Assembly (NCBI RefSeq): GCF_030028105.1
Contig: NC_092380.1
Coordinates: 114,027,191-114,091,190 of the forward strand
DNA length: 64,000 nucleotides
Source of the DNA: Mobula birostris
Taxonomy: Eukaryota
Direction of reading: 5' to 3'
The notes beneath the pieces are model-generated. The model worked only from the letters and a program-made list of their open reading frames with translations. It ran no database searches and was not told the DNA's origin. Shown here one piece after another: positions 50,430-63,219 of this stretch (position 1 is the first letter of the stretch; each line of letters starts with the position of its first letter). A program made the position numbers and the translations under genes.

Positions 50430-53400
50430 TAGACCATAGGACATAGGAGCAGAATTAGGCAGCTTGGGCCATTGAGTCTGCTCCACCATTCAATCATGAC
50501 TGATCCCTTTCCCCCCCTCAGCTCCACTCTCCAGCCTTCTCCCCATAACCTTTGATGCCATGTCCAATCAAAAATCTATCACGCTCTGTCTTAAATACAC
50601 CCAACAACCTGGCCTCCAAAGCTGCCTGTGGTAACAAATTTCACAAATTCACCACCCTCTGGCTAAAGGAATTTCTCTGCATCTTGGTTTTAAATGGATG
50701 CCACTCTTTCCTGAGGTTGTACCCTCTTGTCCTAGACTCTCCCACCATGGGAAAAACCCTTTCCACATCTACTCTGTCTAGGCCTTTCAACATTCGAAAG
50801 GTTTCAATGAGATTCCGCCCCCCCCCTTCTAAATTCCAGCGAGCACAGACCAAGAGCTACCAAACGTTCTTCGTATGATAACCCTTTCATTCCCAGAATC
50901 ACTTGTGAACCTTCTGGACCCTCTCCAATGCCAACACATCTTTTCTTAGATGAGAAGCCCAAAACTGTTCACAATACTCAAGGTGAGGCCTCACCAGTGC
51001 CTTATAAAGCCTCAGCATCACATCGCTGCTCTTGTATTCTAGACCTCTTGAAATGAATGCTAACATTGCATTTGCTTTCCTCACCACCAACTCAACCTGC
51101 AAATTAACCTTCAGCATGTTCTGCGCAAGGGGTCTGAAGACCCTTTGCATCTCAGATTTTTGGAATTTCTCCCCATTTGCTAACATTGTATTTCATTTCA
51201 AACTTTCTTGCCCGTTCTCCTAATCTGTCTAAATCCTTCCGCATCCTACCTGTTTCCTCAACATTACCTGCACCTCTATCAACCTTTGTATCATCTGCAA
51301 ACTTGGCAACAAAGCCATCTATTCCATCATTGGTATACAGCATAAAAAGAAGTGGTCCCAACCGACCCCCTGTGGATCACTACTAGTCACTGGCAGCCAA
51401 CCAGATCCTTTTATTCCCACTCACTGCCTTGTACCAATCAGCCAATGCTCTAACCATGCCAGTAACTTTCCTGTAATACCGTAGGATCTTAACTTGTTAA
51501 GCAGCCTTATGTGTGCCATCTTGTCAAAGGCCTCTGAAAGTCCAAATATACAACATCCACTGAATCCCCTTTATCTATCCTACATGTAATCTCCTCAAAG
51601 AATTCCAACAAGGCAAAATATAAGGAAACCATGCTGATTTTGTCCTATCTTGTCCTGTGTCACCAAGTACTCCATCACTCCATCCTTAACAATTGACTCT
51701 AACATCTTCCCAACCACTGAGGTCAGGCTGACTGGTCTATAATTTCCTTTCTACTGCCTTCCTCCTTTCTTATAGAGTGGAACGACATTTGCAATTTTCC
51801 AATCCCCTGGCACCATGCCAGAGCCCAATGATTTTTGAAAGATCATTATTAATGTCTCTGCAATCTCTACCCTGGGGTGCAGTTCATCTGGTCCAGGTGA
51901 CTTACATATCCTTAGGTCTTTCAGCTCTTTGAGCACCTTCTCCCTTGTAATAGTAACTGCACTCACCTCTCTTCCCTTACACCCTTCAATATCTGGCACA
52001 CTGCTAGTGTCTTCCACAGTGAAGACTGATACAAAATACTCATATAGTTCATCTGCCATCTCCTTGTCCCCTATTATTATTTCTCCGGCCTCATTTTCTA
52101 GCGGTCCTATATCCACTCTCATCCTGCTTTATACTTGAAAAAAATTTTACTATCCACTCTGATATTGTTTGCTAGCTTGCTTTCATATTTCATCTTTTTA
52201 GTTTCTCTCTGTAGGTTTTTAAAAGCTTCCCAATCCTCTATCTTCCCGCTAAATTTTGCTTTGTTGTATGCCCTCTCTTTTGCTTTTACATTGGCATTGA
52301 CTTTCCTTGTCAGCCATAGTTGTACTATTTTGCCATTTGAGTATTTCCTTGATTTTTGGAATCCATTTATCCTGCACCTTCCTCATTTTCCCCAGAAACT
52401 CACACCATTGCTGCTCTGTTGTCATCCCTGCCAGCATCTCCTTCCAATTTACTTTAGCCAACTCCTCTCTCATACCACTGTCATTTCCTTTACTCCACTG
52501 AAATACTGCTACATCAGACTTTACTCTCTCCCTATAAATTTCAAGTTGAATTCAATCATATTGTGATCACTATCTCCTAAGTATTCTTTTACCTTAAGCT
52601 CTCTAATCACCATTGGTTCATTGCACAACACCCAATGCAGTATAGCTGATCCCCTAGCAGGCTCAAAGACAAACTGTCTTAGAAGTTATCTCTTAGGCAT
52701 TCAACAAACTCACTCTCTTGACATCCACTTCCAACCTGATTTTCCCAATTGATCTGCGTGTTGAAATCTCCCATGACTATCATAACTTTGCCCTTTTGAT
52801 ACATCTTTTCTATTTCCTGTTGTGATCTGTGGTCGACATCCCAGCTACTGTTGGGAGGTCTGTACTGTATATAATTGCCATCAGGGTCCTTTTACCTTGG
52901 CAGTTTCTTAACCCACAAGGATTCAACACCTTCTGATCCTATGTCACATCTTTCTACTGATTTGATGCCATTCTTTACCAGCAGAGCCACACCACCCCCT
53001 CTTCCTACCTTCCCACCCTCCTATCCCTCCGATACAACATGTAATCTTGGATATTCAGTTTCCAATTTCAACAATCCTCAGCCACGATTCAGTGATGGTC
53101 ACAACATCATTCCTGACAATCTGTAATAGTGCAACAAGATCATCCACCTTATTTCTTATACTCCTTGCATTGAGATAGAACACTTCGAGTACTGTATTTG
53201 CTACCCTTTTTGATTCTGCATCCCTAGTGCACTGATACTCACCTTACTGGCTATAATTTTGCCCTGTCACCTGCCTGCCCTTCCTGACAGTCTGACTGCA
53301 CACTAGCTTTGCTTTTTTACCAACCGTCCTGTCCTGAGTCCCATCACTCTGGTTCCCACCCCCCTACCAAATTAGTTTAAACTCTCCCAACAGCTCTAAC

Positions 53401-53900
53401 AAACCTGCCCGTGAGAGTATTGGTCCCCCCCCCCCCGGTTCAGATGCAACCCGTCACTTTTGAACAGGTCATACCTCCCCCAGAAGAGATCCCAATGATC
53501 CAAGAACCTGAAGCCCTGCCCCCTGCACTAGCTTCTCAGCCATGCATTTATTTGCCAGGTCATCCTGTTTCTACCCTCACTGGTGAGTGGCACAGGCAGC
53601 AATCCAGAAATTACTACCCTGGAGGTCTTGCTTCTCAGTTTTCTACCTAGTTCTCTAAATTCTCTTTTCAGGACCTTCTTGCTTTTCCTTCCTATGTCAT
53701 TGGTACCAACATGTACCAAGACAACTGGCTGCACCCCTTCCCTCTCCAAAATGCTGTGGACGTGATCAGAGACGTCCCTGACTCTGGTACCTGGGTGGTA
53801 ACATACCATTTCTCCTGACAGTCACCCAACTACCTGCCTCCTGCAACGTGGGGTGACTACTTCCCTGTAACTCTGATTGATTATCTCCTCACTCCCCTGT
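50430..53900 (-). mobile_element. Decayed CR1 LINE inserted in inverted orientation into the 3' end of the previous CR1
   Basis: ORF1 PGTRVRDV..HVGTNDIG; ORF2 KSPGPDELHP, KFADDTKV, NSFSQRVVNL. Confidence 0.85.
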
Positions 53901-56047
53901 ACATGCCAACTTAAAGTGGAGGTTGATAGGTTCTTGATTAGTCAGGGTATCAAAGGATACGGGGAGAAGACAGGAGAATGGGGTTGAGAGGGATAATAAA
54001 TCAGCCATGATGGAATGGTGCAGCAGACTTGATGGGCTGAACGGCTAAATTCTGCTCCTTTGCCTTTTGGTCAGGTCAGGCAACATCTGTCAAAAGTCAA
54101 AATCAATTGAAATTTATTTTCAATATATGTATATGTCATGATATACCTCCCTGAGATTCATTTTCTTGTTGGCATTTACAGGAAAATAAAGAGATACAAC
54201 AGAATTTATGAAAAACTGTGCATAAAGATGGACAAAGAACCAATTTGTAAAGGACGATAAATTGTACAAGTTAAATAAATAGCACTGGGAACATGAGCGT
54301 AGTCCCTGAAAGTGAGTCCACAAGTTGTGGATCAGTTCAGAGTTGAGGTGAGTGAAGTTCTCCAGGCCGGTGCAGGAGCCTGATGGTTTATCAGTTCAGA
54401 GTGTTCCCCAAGCTGGTTCAGGAGCCTGATAGTTTACCATCCACTCAAGTCCTTTTTGCGCACATCCGCTCTCATTCTATCTCGCTCCGCACTCAGTGAG
54501 AATCGGCTTCCCCTGATCATTACCAGTTCCACGTTCTCCATAGTTCCTGTCACCTCCAGGAGGACCACAACCTTGTCAGAGTGTTCAGAGGCTTGCGTCC
54601 CTCAGTGACCCGGGGATCTCCACTGGCTGGAGTGCTCTGGGGTCACCAATGCCAAACAGACCAAAGGGTAGAGGTCAGACTAAGAGAGCTCCACTGCTTC
54701 TCCAGGTTTGGGGGTTTAGCTCAGGGCTAACAACCCTGACTGATCAAACAAAATTGTTATTACTGTAAATAGCAATGAAGAATCCTTCTACACCTGAGTG
54801 TGATAATATTCCCGAGCCTCCATCCAGGACTTGCATGGCAGACAGGAGTGGAGACCCAGAGGAAACTACTGACACGATGAAGGAAGCCTTGAACACCGGC
54901 AGAAACGGGGGACCTTCATTGCTGCCCTAACCGGCAGCGGTGTAACGGTCAGGAAGATAAAATTCTACAGAATTCCACTCTCAGGCACGTCTCCACCTCT
55001 CAACCCACCCCACCCTCCTTCTGGTACCACCACTGCCTGGGCGGGTGGCTCGGGCCGCGTGTGTGGGGCAGCAGCAACACTTTCTCCCGTTCCCCTGGCT
55101 TCATCAGCTGCGTGGGAGGGGGGGTGTGGGGGGAGTCTATTGCACAAACAATGTATTTTCCAGATATTTTGATATACACGTGATGAATAAAGTCCATCTT
55201 GTTTTTGTATGACTGACTTTAGAACAACACCAGCTTATCCAATCGATCCACAGAATGAAAATTCATCCCTGGAATCAATTTAGGAAATCTTTTTCCGCCC
55301 TCTCTACGACCTTTATCGTCCCCACAACAGAGAGCGCGGATCGGGACACGGTGATGAGTTTATCGATGACTCAATGTTTATGAAGGTTGATCATGAGACT
55401 CTACTCCTGCACATCATGTCTTTATCCTACGATGACTGGACACCTGCGTGGGGGAGTTTTTAAAGTGGAAAACCTATTGCGCTGGGACCGTTCCATTCTA
55501 CCGGCCTCAGAAGTCGCTGTAAATTTCCTCCTCTTCTTCAGCGCCTCATCACGCTCTTCACTCTCTACGGAGCGGTGCAGAAGCATCTTCTTGGCAGTTG
55601 TATCTCACTGTAGGTCTCATCTGGCCATTCCGCTGAAGATAAATTCACTTGCTAGTTCGGCACGTCCCTATCATACTGCAGATCTCATCCGGCCAGTCTG
55701 CCGGAGCTGACTTCTCTTGATGGAACAGGCATGCCCGGTAGGAAACCCGCTGGCAACCCTCACCTCGTCTCGCTCAGCTGCTGAAGGGCGTGACCACTGT
55801 GACATGCCAACAGCTACTTGCGGCCACAAGTGAGAACTGAGGGTCCGGTGGACCGCAAGTTGAGTGAGCTGCCCCTGAATGTAACAAGACCCTTCATCAG
55901 AGGTGCTGCCCCTCCCTGAACACCACATACACCCTGCAGGTGCATAAAACCCAGGGTCCAATGTGAAGGTGGACGGCTCGATCCATGAATGGAACAATAT
56001 CTCTGGGAAGAGGAGGAAATCTCAACGTCACACGTCAGAACAGGTGT

Positions 56048-56171
56048 TGAGATTGGAAACTTGGACAATTCCTCTCTCCCACAAAGATCAAAAAACGGAT
56101 AATTCCTCTCTCTCACAGAGATCGGAAACGAGGACAATTCCTCTTTCACATAGAGATCAGAAACGTGGACA

Positions 56172-56224
<53 letters not shown>

Positions 56225-56362
56225 ATCGGGAACGTGGACAATCTCTCTCTCATAGAGATCGGGAACGTGGACAATCTCTCTCTCTCTCTCTCCCAAAGAT
56301 CGGAAACGTGGAGAATCCCTCTTTCTCCTTTCTGGGATCGGAAACGTGGACAATTCATCTCC
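56048..56362. repeat. About 8 copies of AGATCGGAAACGTGGACAAT separated by variable (CT)-rich linkers, upstream of GALNT18
   Basis: Direct inspection; includes a long (CT)n at about 56175-56220. Confidence 0.85.
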
Positions 56363-56589
56363 GGTCGCAGTGATAGGGATGGTGTGAGAGGGTGGGAGGG
56401 GGAAAGGGAAGCAAGGGGAAGCGGGGTGAGAGAGGGAGAGAAGGATGAGAGGGGTTCGAGACAGGAGGGGAATACTGTAGAGAGGGAGGGAGTAAGCATG
56501 GAGAGAGTGGGAGAGAGACAGGAGGGGAATGAGGGGAAGGGGAGGGGGAGGGAACGAGAGCGGGAAGGGGAAGGAGAGGGATGGAGCGA

Positions 56590-56908
56590 GGGAGGGCGAT
56601 CCAACAGCGCGGCGCTCCCTCAGTACCCCTCCCCCCCACGCGGCGCAGTCTCCCCTGTTAATGGCGTTCCCTCAGTGCCCCCACTACCCGGCGGGACGAG
56701 CAATGCGCAGACGCCGCCGGTTCTGGACCGGTGCGGCGGAATGGATTAACTTGGCCCGTAGATGGAGCTCGTTAATCGGCTGCAGACCCGGAGAGACACC
56801 GGCCTGGCGCGGCGAGCCCGGGAGCGCAGTCCCGCCCTCCAGCCGGGACACGAGGGGGGCGGAGCGGCCACATAGCCGGAGCCGGAGCGGCTGCGGAGAG
56901 CCGGTAGC
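56590..56908 (+). promoter_or_regulatory. CpG-island promoter/5'UTR of GALNT18
   Basis: CpG-dense, GC boxes (GGGGGCGGAG at about 56854); preceded by a purine-rich tract at about 56375-56595. Confidence 0.65.
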
Positions 56909-57122
56909 ATGGCACACCGCTGTCGGAAGGGCGGCTCGCTGCTGGGCAGCTGTGTGATTGTGGGCGCTCTCGTCAACCTCCTGTGTCTCATCTACGTCGC
57001 CTGGGTCGGCAAGGCGCAGCCTCCCGCGGCTGAGCGGCCAGCGGGGCAGGAGGATGGCGAGAGCCGCCGGCTGCAGGACAGGCTGGAGCGGCTGGAGGTC
57101 TTGGTCCAGGAGCACCTTAAAG
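56909..57122 (+). CDS. GALNT18: Polypeptide N-acetylgalactosaminyltransferase 18, first coding exon (type II signal anchor and stem)
   Basis: MAHRCRKGGSLLGSCVIVGALVNLLCLIYVAWV...LQDRLERLEVLVQEHLK, then phase-1 donor G|GTAAGA; resembles recalled GALNT18 (TCVILSGMTNIICLLYVGWV...IERLDHLENVIKQHIQ); synteny with USP47. Confidence 0.85.
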
Positions 57123-57796
57123 GTAAGAAGCTTGTTGGCAAGGACCACCCAGGCCATGCTCTCTTCTCGCTGCTGCGATCAGAGAGGCACAGGAGCCTCT
57201 GGACCCACACCACCAGGTTCAGGAACAGTTACTACCCCTCAACCATCAGGCTCCTGAACCAGAGGGGAGAACTTCACTCACCCCATCACTGAACTGTTCC
57301 AACAACCTCTGGACTCACTTTCAAGGACTCTTCATCTCATGTTCTTGATATTTATTGCTTATTTATTTATTATTTTTTAAAATTTTCCGTTCTTCAGTAT
57401 TTGCAGACTGGTTGTTTGTCCTGTTGGCTGCTGTCTTTCATCGATCCTGCGGCGGGTGTTTCTATTTCTATGGTGACGTAAATGTACTTTGATCATCACT
57501 TTACGCTTTGAGGGAATGGGGTAAAGCAAAAGAGATCTGGGAATCAAAAAATAATATCTTGCTATCATCTGCAAATGAGATTTTATTTTTAACAGAGTGT
57601 CTGGAATGCATTGCCGGGGTGGTGGTGGTCGTGATGCTGAAGAAGGTATTGAAAGTGCCCCTGAATCTGCAAGGATGTAGATCTTGTCTGGAAAAGATTT
57701 AGTTTGCTTTGCACTGTGTTCAGCACAGACATGCTGGTGTGAGGGACCCGTTCCTGTTCTGTGCTGTAGTATGTTCTATTGAGGTAATCAAATATA

Positions 57797-58323
57797 CACT
57801 CAGTACCCACCTTACTGGGTACCTCCTGTGGCCACTGGGTGTCTGATCCTGGTCTTCTGCTGCTGTGGACCATCCAGTTCAATGTTTGATGTGTTGTACA
57901 TTCAGTGATGCTCTTCTGCACCCGGCTGTTGTAACATGTAGTTATTGGATTTACTGTCACCTTTATATCAGCTTGAACTCCTCTGACCTCTCTCACTAAC
58001 AAAGTGCTTTTGACCACAGAACTATCACTCACCGGATGTTTTTTTTTGCACCATTCTCTGTAAACTCTCGAGACTGTTGTGCATGAAAATCCCAGGGGAT
58101 CAGAAGTTTCTGAGATACTCAAACCACCCCGTCCGGCACCAACAGTCATTCCACAGTCAGAGTCACTTAGATCACATTTCTTCTCCATTCTGATGTTTGG
58201 TCTGAACATCATCTGAACCTCTTGACCATGTCTGCATGCTTGTATGAGTTGCTGCCACATGATTGGCTGATATTTGCATTAATGAGCAGGTGTACTGGTG
58301 TACCTATTAAAGTGGCCACTGAA
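57797..58323 (-). mobile_element. Internally deleted Tc1/mariner element
   Basis: Degenerate inverted ends CACTCAGT.../...GTGGCCACTGA; HTH fragment KCDLSDSDCGMTVGAGRGGLSISETSDPLGFSCTTVSRVYREW. Confidence 0.75.
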
Positions 58324-58689
58324 TCTCATTACAGAGAAAATGTCGTGCAGTGAGACTAATACCATGCAAACACCATAACTGTGCAGATGAGGAGATAATG
58401 AATTAATCTAACTCTGTGTTCAAATTTTCAATAACTACTTCAGCTGCTCGTAGAAGAGAGAGTTTCAGTAGTCATTACTCTCTGAGAGGAGATGTTTCTC
58501 TGATCATTGCCCTAAATGGATATTTGCCTTTCACATACTTATGCCTTTTTAGACACAGAAGATAGAACAGTACAGGTCATCTGCCCACAATGCTGTGCTG
58601 ACCTTGTAACCTACTCCACCCACAAAGCCCTTCCTTTATCTGTTATCCATGTGCCGTGTGATGAACTGTGCGAGAATAGGACCAATCAG

Positions 58690-61090
58690 GTGCGATCGCG
58701 GAAACATGCACGGAGTCGGAGGAGGTAGCAGAGGTACTTAATGAATACTTTGCTTCAGTATTCACCAGTGGAAAGGACCTTGGCAATTGTGAGGATGACT
58801 TACAGTGGACTGAAATGCTTGAGTGTATAGACATTAAGAAAGAGGATGTGCTGGAGCTTTTGAAAGGTATCAAGTTAGATAAGTCACCGGGACCGGACGA
58901 GATGTACCCCAGGCTACTGTGGGAGGCGAGGGAGGAGATTGCTGAGCCTCTGGCGATGATCTTTGCATTTTCAATAGGGAAGGGAGAAGTACCAGAGGAT
59001 TAGAAGGTTGCAAATGTTGTTCCCTTGCTCAAGAAAGGGAGTAGAGATAGCCCAGGAAATTATCGACCAGTGAATCTTACTTCAGTGGTGGGCAAGTTGA
59101 TGGAGAAGATCCTGAGAGGCAGGACTTATGAGCATTTGAAGAGACATAAACTGATTAGAGATAGTCAGCATGGCTTTGTCAAGGGCAGGTCGTGCCTTAC
59201 GAGCCTGATTGTATTCTTTGAGGATGTAACAAAACACATTGATGAAGGTAGAGCAGTGGATGTAGTGTACATGGATTTCAGTGAGACATTTGATAAGGTT
59301 CCCCATGCAAGGCTCATTCAGAAAGTAAGGAAGCATGGGATCCAAGGAGACTTTGTTTTGTGGATCCAGAACTGGCTTGCCCACAGAAGGCAAAGAGTGG
59401 TTGTAGATGGGTCATATTCTGCATGGAGGTCAGTGACCAGTGGAGTGTCTCAGGGATCTGTTCTGGGACCCCCACTCTTTGTGATTTTTATAAGTGACCT
59501 GGATGAGGAAGTGGAGGGATGGGTTAGTAAGTTTGCTGATAACACAAAGGTTGGGTGTGTTGTGGATAGTGTGGAGGGCTGTCAGAGGTTACAGTGGGAC
59601 ATTGATAGGATGCAGAACTGGGCTGAGAAGTGTCAGGTGGAATTCAACCAGATGAGTGTGAAGTGGTTCATTTTGGTAGGTCAAATTTGAAGACAGGATA
59701 TAATATTAATGTGAAGACTCTTGGCAGTGTGGAGGATCAGCGAGATCTTGGAGTCTGTGTCCATCGGACGCTCAAAACTGCTACGCAGGTTGACAGTGTT
59801 GTTAAGAAGGTGTATGATGTGATGGCTGTCATCAATCAATCAACCATGGGATTGAGTTCAAGAACTGTGAGGTAATGTTAAAGCTATATAAGATCTTAGT
59901 TAGACTCCACTTGGAGTACTGTGTTCAGTTCTGGTCACCTCACTATAGGAAGGATATGGAAACTATAGAAAGGATGCAGAGGAGATTTACAAGGATGTTG
60001 CCTGGATTGGAGAGCATGCCTTATGAGAATAGGTTGAGTAAACTCGGCCTTTTCTCCTTGGAGCGACGGAGGACAAATGGTGACCTGATAGAGGTGTATA
60101 AGATAATGAGAGGTATTGATCATGTGGATAGTCAGAGGCTTTTTCCCAGGGCTGAAATGGCTAACACAAGGGGCATAGTTACGTTTTAAACCAAGTAAAA
60201 CAGATGTTTATTTTGCACTACAAATACACTTCCACTGAAACAATGAACAACTGTTCAAAGAAAAAATATTTTAAGTGCAAGAGTAAGAGGACAGGTTGGA
60301 GAGTATAAGAACAAGTCATCAGCAAATATTTACAGCAATTAAAATTAGCCAACAACATTTCAATAACAACTATCCCCTCTCATCTCATCAAGATAGAATC
60401 AAGAACAGGAATTTTGCCTTCTCCATCCATCCAAACTGAAACTAGGAAAACACTGACAACTGAAGAACTACACTTAGAACTAAATTTGCTATTTCCATAG
60501 TTTGTCAAGCTTGAAACAGGATCAGTAGTGCAGTGCTAAAATCGAACTATTTGTTTTAAAATATATGACCATCAGAGTCCTCCTGGTATCGGACAGTCTT
60601 TTTTGCATGACCTGTTGTAACTCTGGGTGCTATATCCATGTCAGCAGTGAAGTTGGAGTCTCCAGCATTATCAATGTGGAAACTATCATTGTCCAGCATC
60701 TTGGATTTTTTGTTGTTAGTGGCTTTTACAGGTATGGTTCCAAATTCATCTTCCGAATCTGAGTTAACAACCTTCTTCCTTTTGGGTATTTTAGACAAGG
60801 GGCATAGTTTTAAGGTGCTTGGAAGTTGGTACAGGCAGGATGTCGGAAGTAAATTTTTCACACAGAGAACGGTGAGTGTGTGGAATGCACTGCCAGCAAC
60901 AGTGGGAGGGGTGGATACAATAGGGTCTTTTAAGACTCTCATAGGTAGGTACATGGAGCTTAGAAAAATAGAGGGCAATGTGATAGGGAAATTCGAGGCA
61001 GTTTCTGGTGTAGGTTACATGGCCAGCACAACATTGTGGGCCAAAGGGCCTGTAGTGTGCTGTAGATTTCTATGTTCTATATTCTATCTG
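58690..61090 (+). mobile_element. CR1 LINE ORF2 and 3'UTR, interrupted at 60180 by a retrocopy
   Basis: KSPGPDEMYP, NYRPVNLTS, QHGFVKGRSC, KFADNTKV, FFTQRTV. Confidence 0.9.
60181..60794 (-). pseudogene. TOP2A: 5'-truncated retrocopy of DNA topoisomerase II alpha mRNA (last about 80 codons plus 3'UTR)
   Basis: KIPKRKKVVNSDSEDEFGTIPVKATNNKKSKMLDNDSFHID...IAPRVTTGHAKKTVRYQEDSDGHIF* (stop 60556) resembles the recalled TOP2A C-terminus (..KAVTSKKSK..DDFHMDF..VAPRAKSVRAKKPIKYLEESDEDDLF); AATAAA (minus) at 60207-60212; 15-bp TSD ACAAGGGGCATAGTT at 60166-60180 and 60795-60809. Confidence 0.8.
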
Positions 61091-61689
61091 AGTCTCTGAA
61101 ATGTCCCTGATGTGCCTGCCAATGCCACTACTCCTGGCTGTGCATTCCACACACCCAGCACTCTGTGTGGTGAGTCTTATACTGACATCCTCTTGTTTGA
61201 GACTTTCCTTCTCGTGGAAGCTCATCAGTATCTACCTGTAATGGTCTCTTTGTGTGTTGTGCTTCAATCAGATCTCTCCTCACTGGTAACTCCAAAGAGT
61301 GCAAATCTGCCTTTGTAAACCATAGAGAGAGAGTCCTCTTATTCCAAACCTTGTCTAAGTGAATCTTTTTCAGGCTCTCTCTGCCAGCATATCCTCCCTT
61401 GAACAAAGGGACCAAAGCTATGCATGATACCTGATGCCCCGTTCCTGTAAATCAGGGGCTGGCTACCTTTTTTATGCAATGGACTGCTACCATTACCCAA
61501 GGGGTCTGTGAACCACAGATTGGGAACCCGTGCTCTGAACTCCTGTCATTCTTGGAACATAGAACACTACACCTATTCCAAGATCAATCGAACCCTTCCC
61601 TCCTACACAGCCCTCTCTGAAATGCCCCTAATGCATCTGCCTCCAGGGAGTATCATTCTGGTTTTCTAGATTCTCTCACAAAGGAATTT

Positions 61690-63040
61690 GAATTTATTTA
61701 AATCTTGCATCCATCCCACAATGTGAGGGAGTAAAAATCTTCGTGTTACGACTCCGTTGCAATGTACAGACATGTGAATTTACAAGTCTAATGACTCGTG
61801 GAAAGAAGCTGTCCCGTAGCCTGTTGGTCCTGGCTTTAGTGCTGCGGTACTGTTTGCCAGACAGAAGCAACTATAACAGTTTATGGTTGGGGTGACTGGT
61901 GTCCCTGCTGATCTTCCAGGCCTTCTTTCTGCACCTGCTGCTGTAAATGTCCTCAATGGAGGGAAGTTCACATCCACAGATGCACTGGGCTGTCCGTACC
62001 ACTCTCTGCAGTGCCCAGCGATCAAGGTTGGTGCTGTTCCCGTACCAGGCAGTGATACAGCCAGTCAGGATGCTCTCAATGGTGCTCCTGGAGAAGGTCT
62101 TGAGCATCTGGGGGCCCATGCCGAAAATCTTCAGTTACCTAAGGTGGAAGAGGTGCTGTGGTGTTTTTTTTGCCACAAAGCCGGTGTGTACAGTCCAGGT
62201 GAGATCACTGGTGATTTGTGTCCTGAGGAACTTGAAACTACTCTCCCTCTCAACTGCAGTCCCATTGATGTTGATCGGGCCGAGCCTGTCTCCATTCTTC
62301 CTGTGATTCACGATCGGCTCTTTTGTTTTTGGACATTGAGGGAGAGGTTGTTATCTTGGCACCACTGTGTCAGGGTGTCAACCTCTCCTCTGTGGGCTGT
62401 CTCATCACTGCTAGAAATAAGGTCGATGAAAGTCGTGTCATTTGCGAATTTGATCAGCAGATGGAGTTGTGTGTGGCAGCACAGTCATGGGTGTAAAGGG
62501 AGTGGGGGGGGGGACTCAGGACACAACCCTAGGGGCACCTGTGTTGAGGGTCAGAGGAGCAGAGGTGAGGGAGCCCATCCTTACCACCTGTCAGCGATCT
62601 GATAGGAAGTCTAGGATCCAGCTGCACAAGGTGGGGTGCAGGCCGAGGTCTCTGAGCTTCCTGGGAAGTCTGGAGGGAATTATGGTGTTGAATGCTGAAC
62701 TGTAGTCCAGGGACAGCATTCTAACGTATGCATCCCTCTTCTCCAGGTGAGTGAGGACGGTGTGTAGTGCTGTGGAAAACCGGTTCTGTTGGTAGGTGAA
62801 TTGTAGGGGTCCAGTGTGGGTGGTAGCAAGCTGCGGATGTAATCTTTAACCAGCCTCTCGAAGCATTTGCTTATTATTGAGGTGAGTGCGACAGGGCACC
62901 AGCCGTTCGGGCATGCTACCTTGGTTTTCTTCGGTACAGGGATAATGATGGATGATTTGAAACAGGACGGCACTACACACTGGGAGAGGGAAAGATTAAA
63001 AATGTCCATAAACACACCAGCCAGCTGATCCACACACTTC
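61690..63040 (-). mobile_element. Decayed Rex/Babar-like LINE
   Basis: [35 protein letters not shown]...PVALTS; IESILTGCITAWYGN. Confidence 0.8.
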
Positions 63041-63219
63041 GAAGACGCGCCTCTCTACGTTCATTCCATCGAGACCTCTTAGGATTTAATATGCTTCCCT
63101 GTTCCCTATCAAATTCCCTGTTTTCCAAATTCAGTGGATAAAATCCCAAACTTTCCTCAGGAATTAGTCCATTCATTTTCATCCATTAGCCTTCACTAAG
63201 CAGTTTCTGTTGAATTTTA

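Noticed and set aside
56048-56362. Repeat-spacer pattern resembling CRISPR
   Set aside because: Spacers are related CT microsatellites of variable length, not unique sequences
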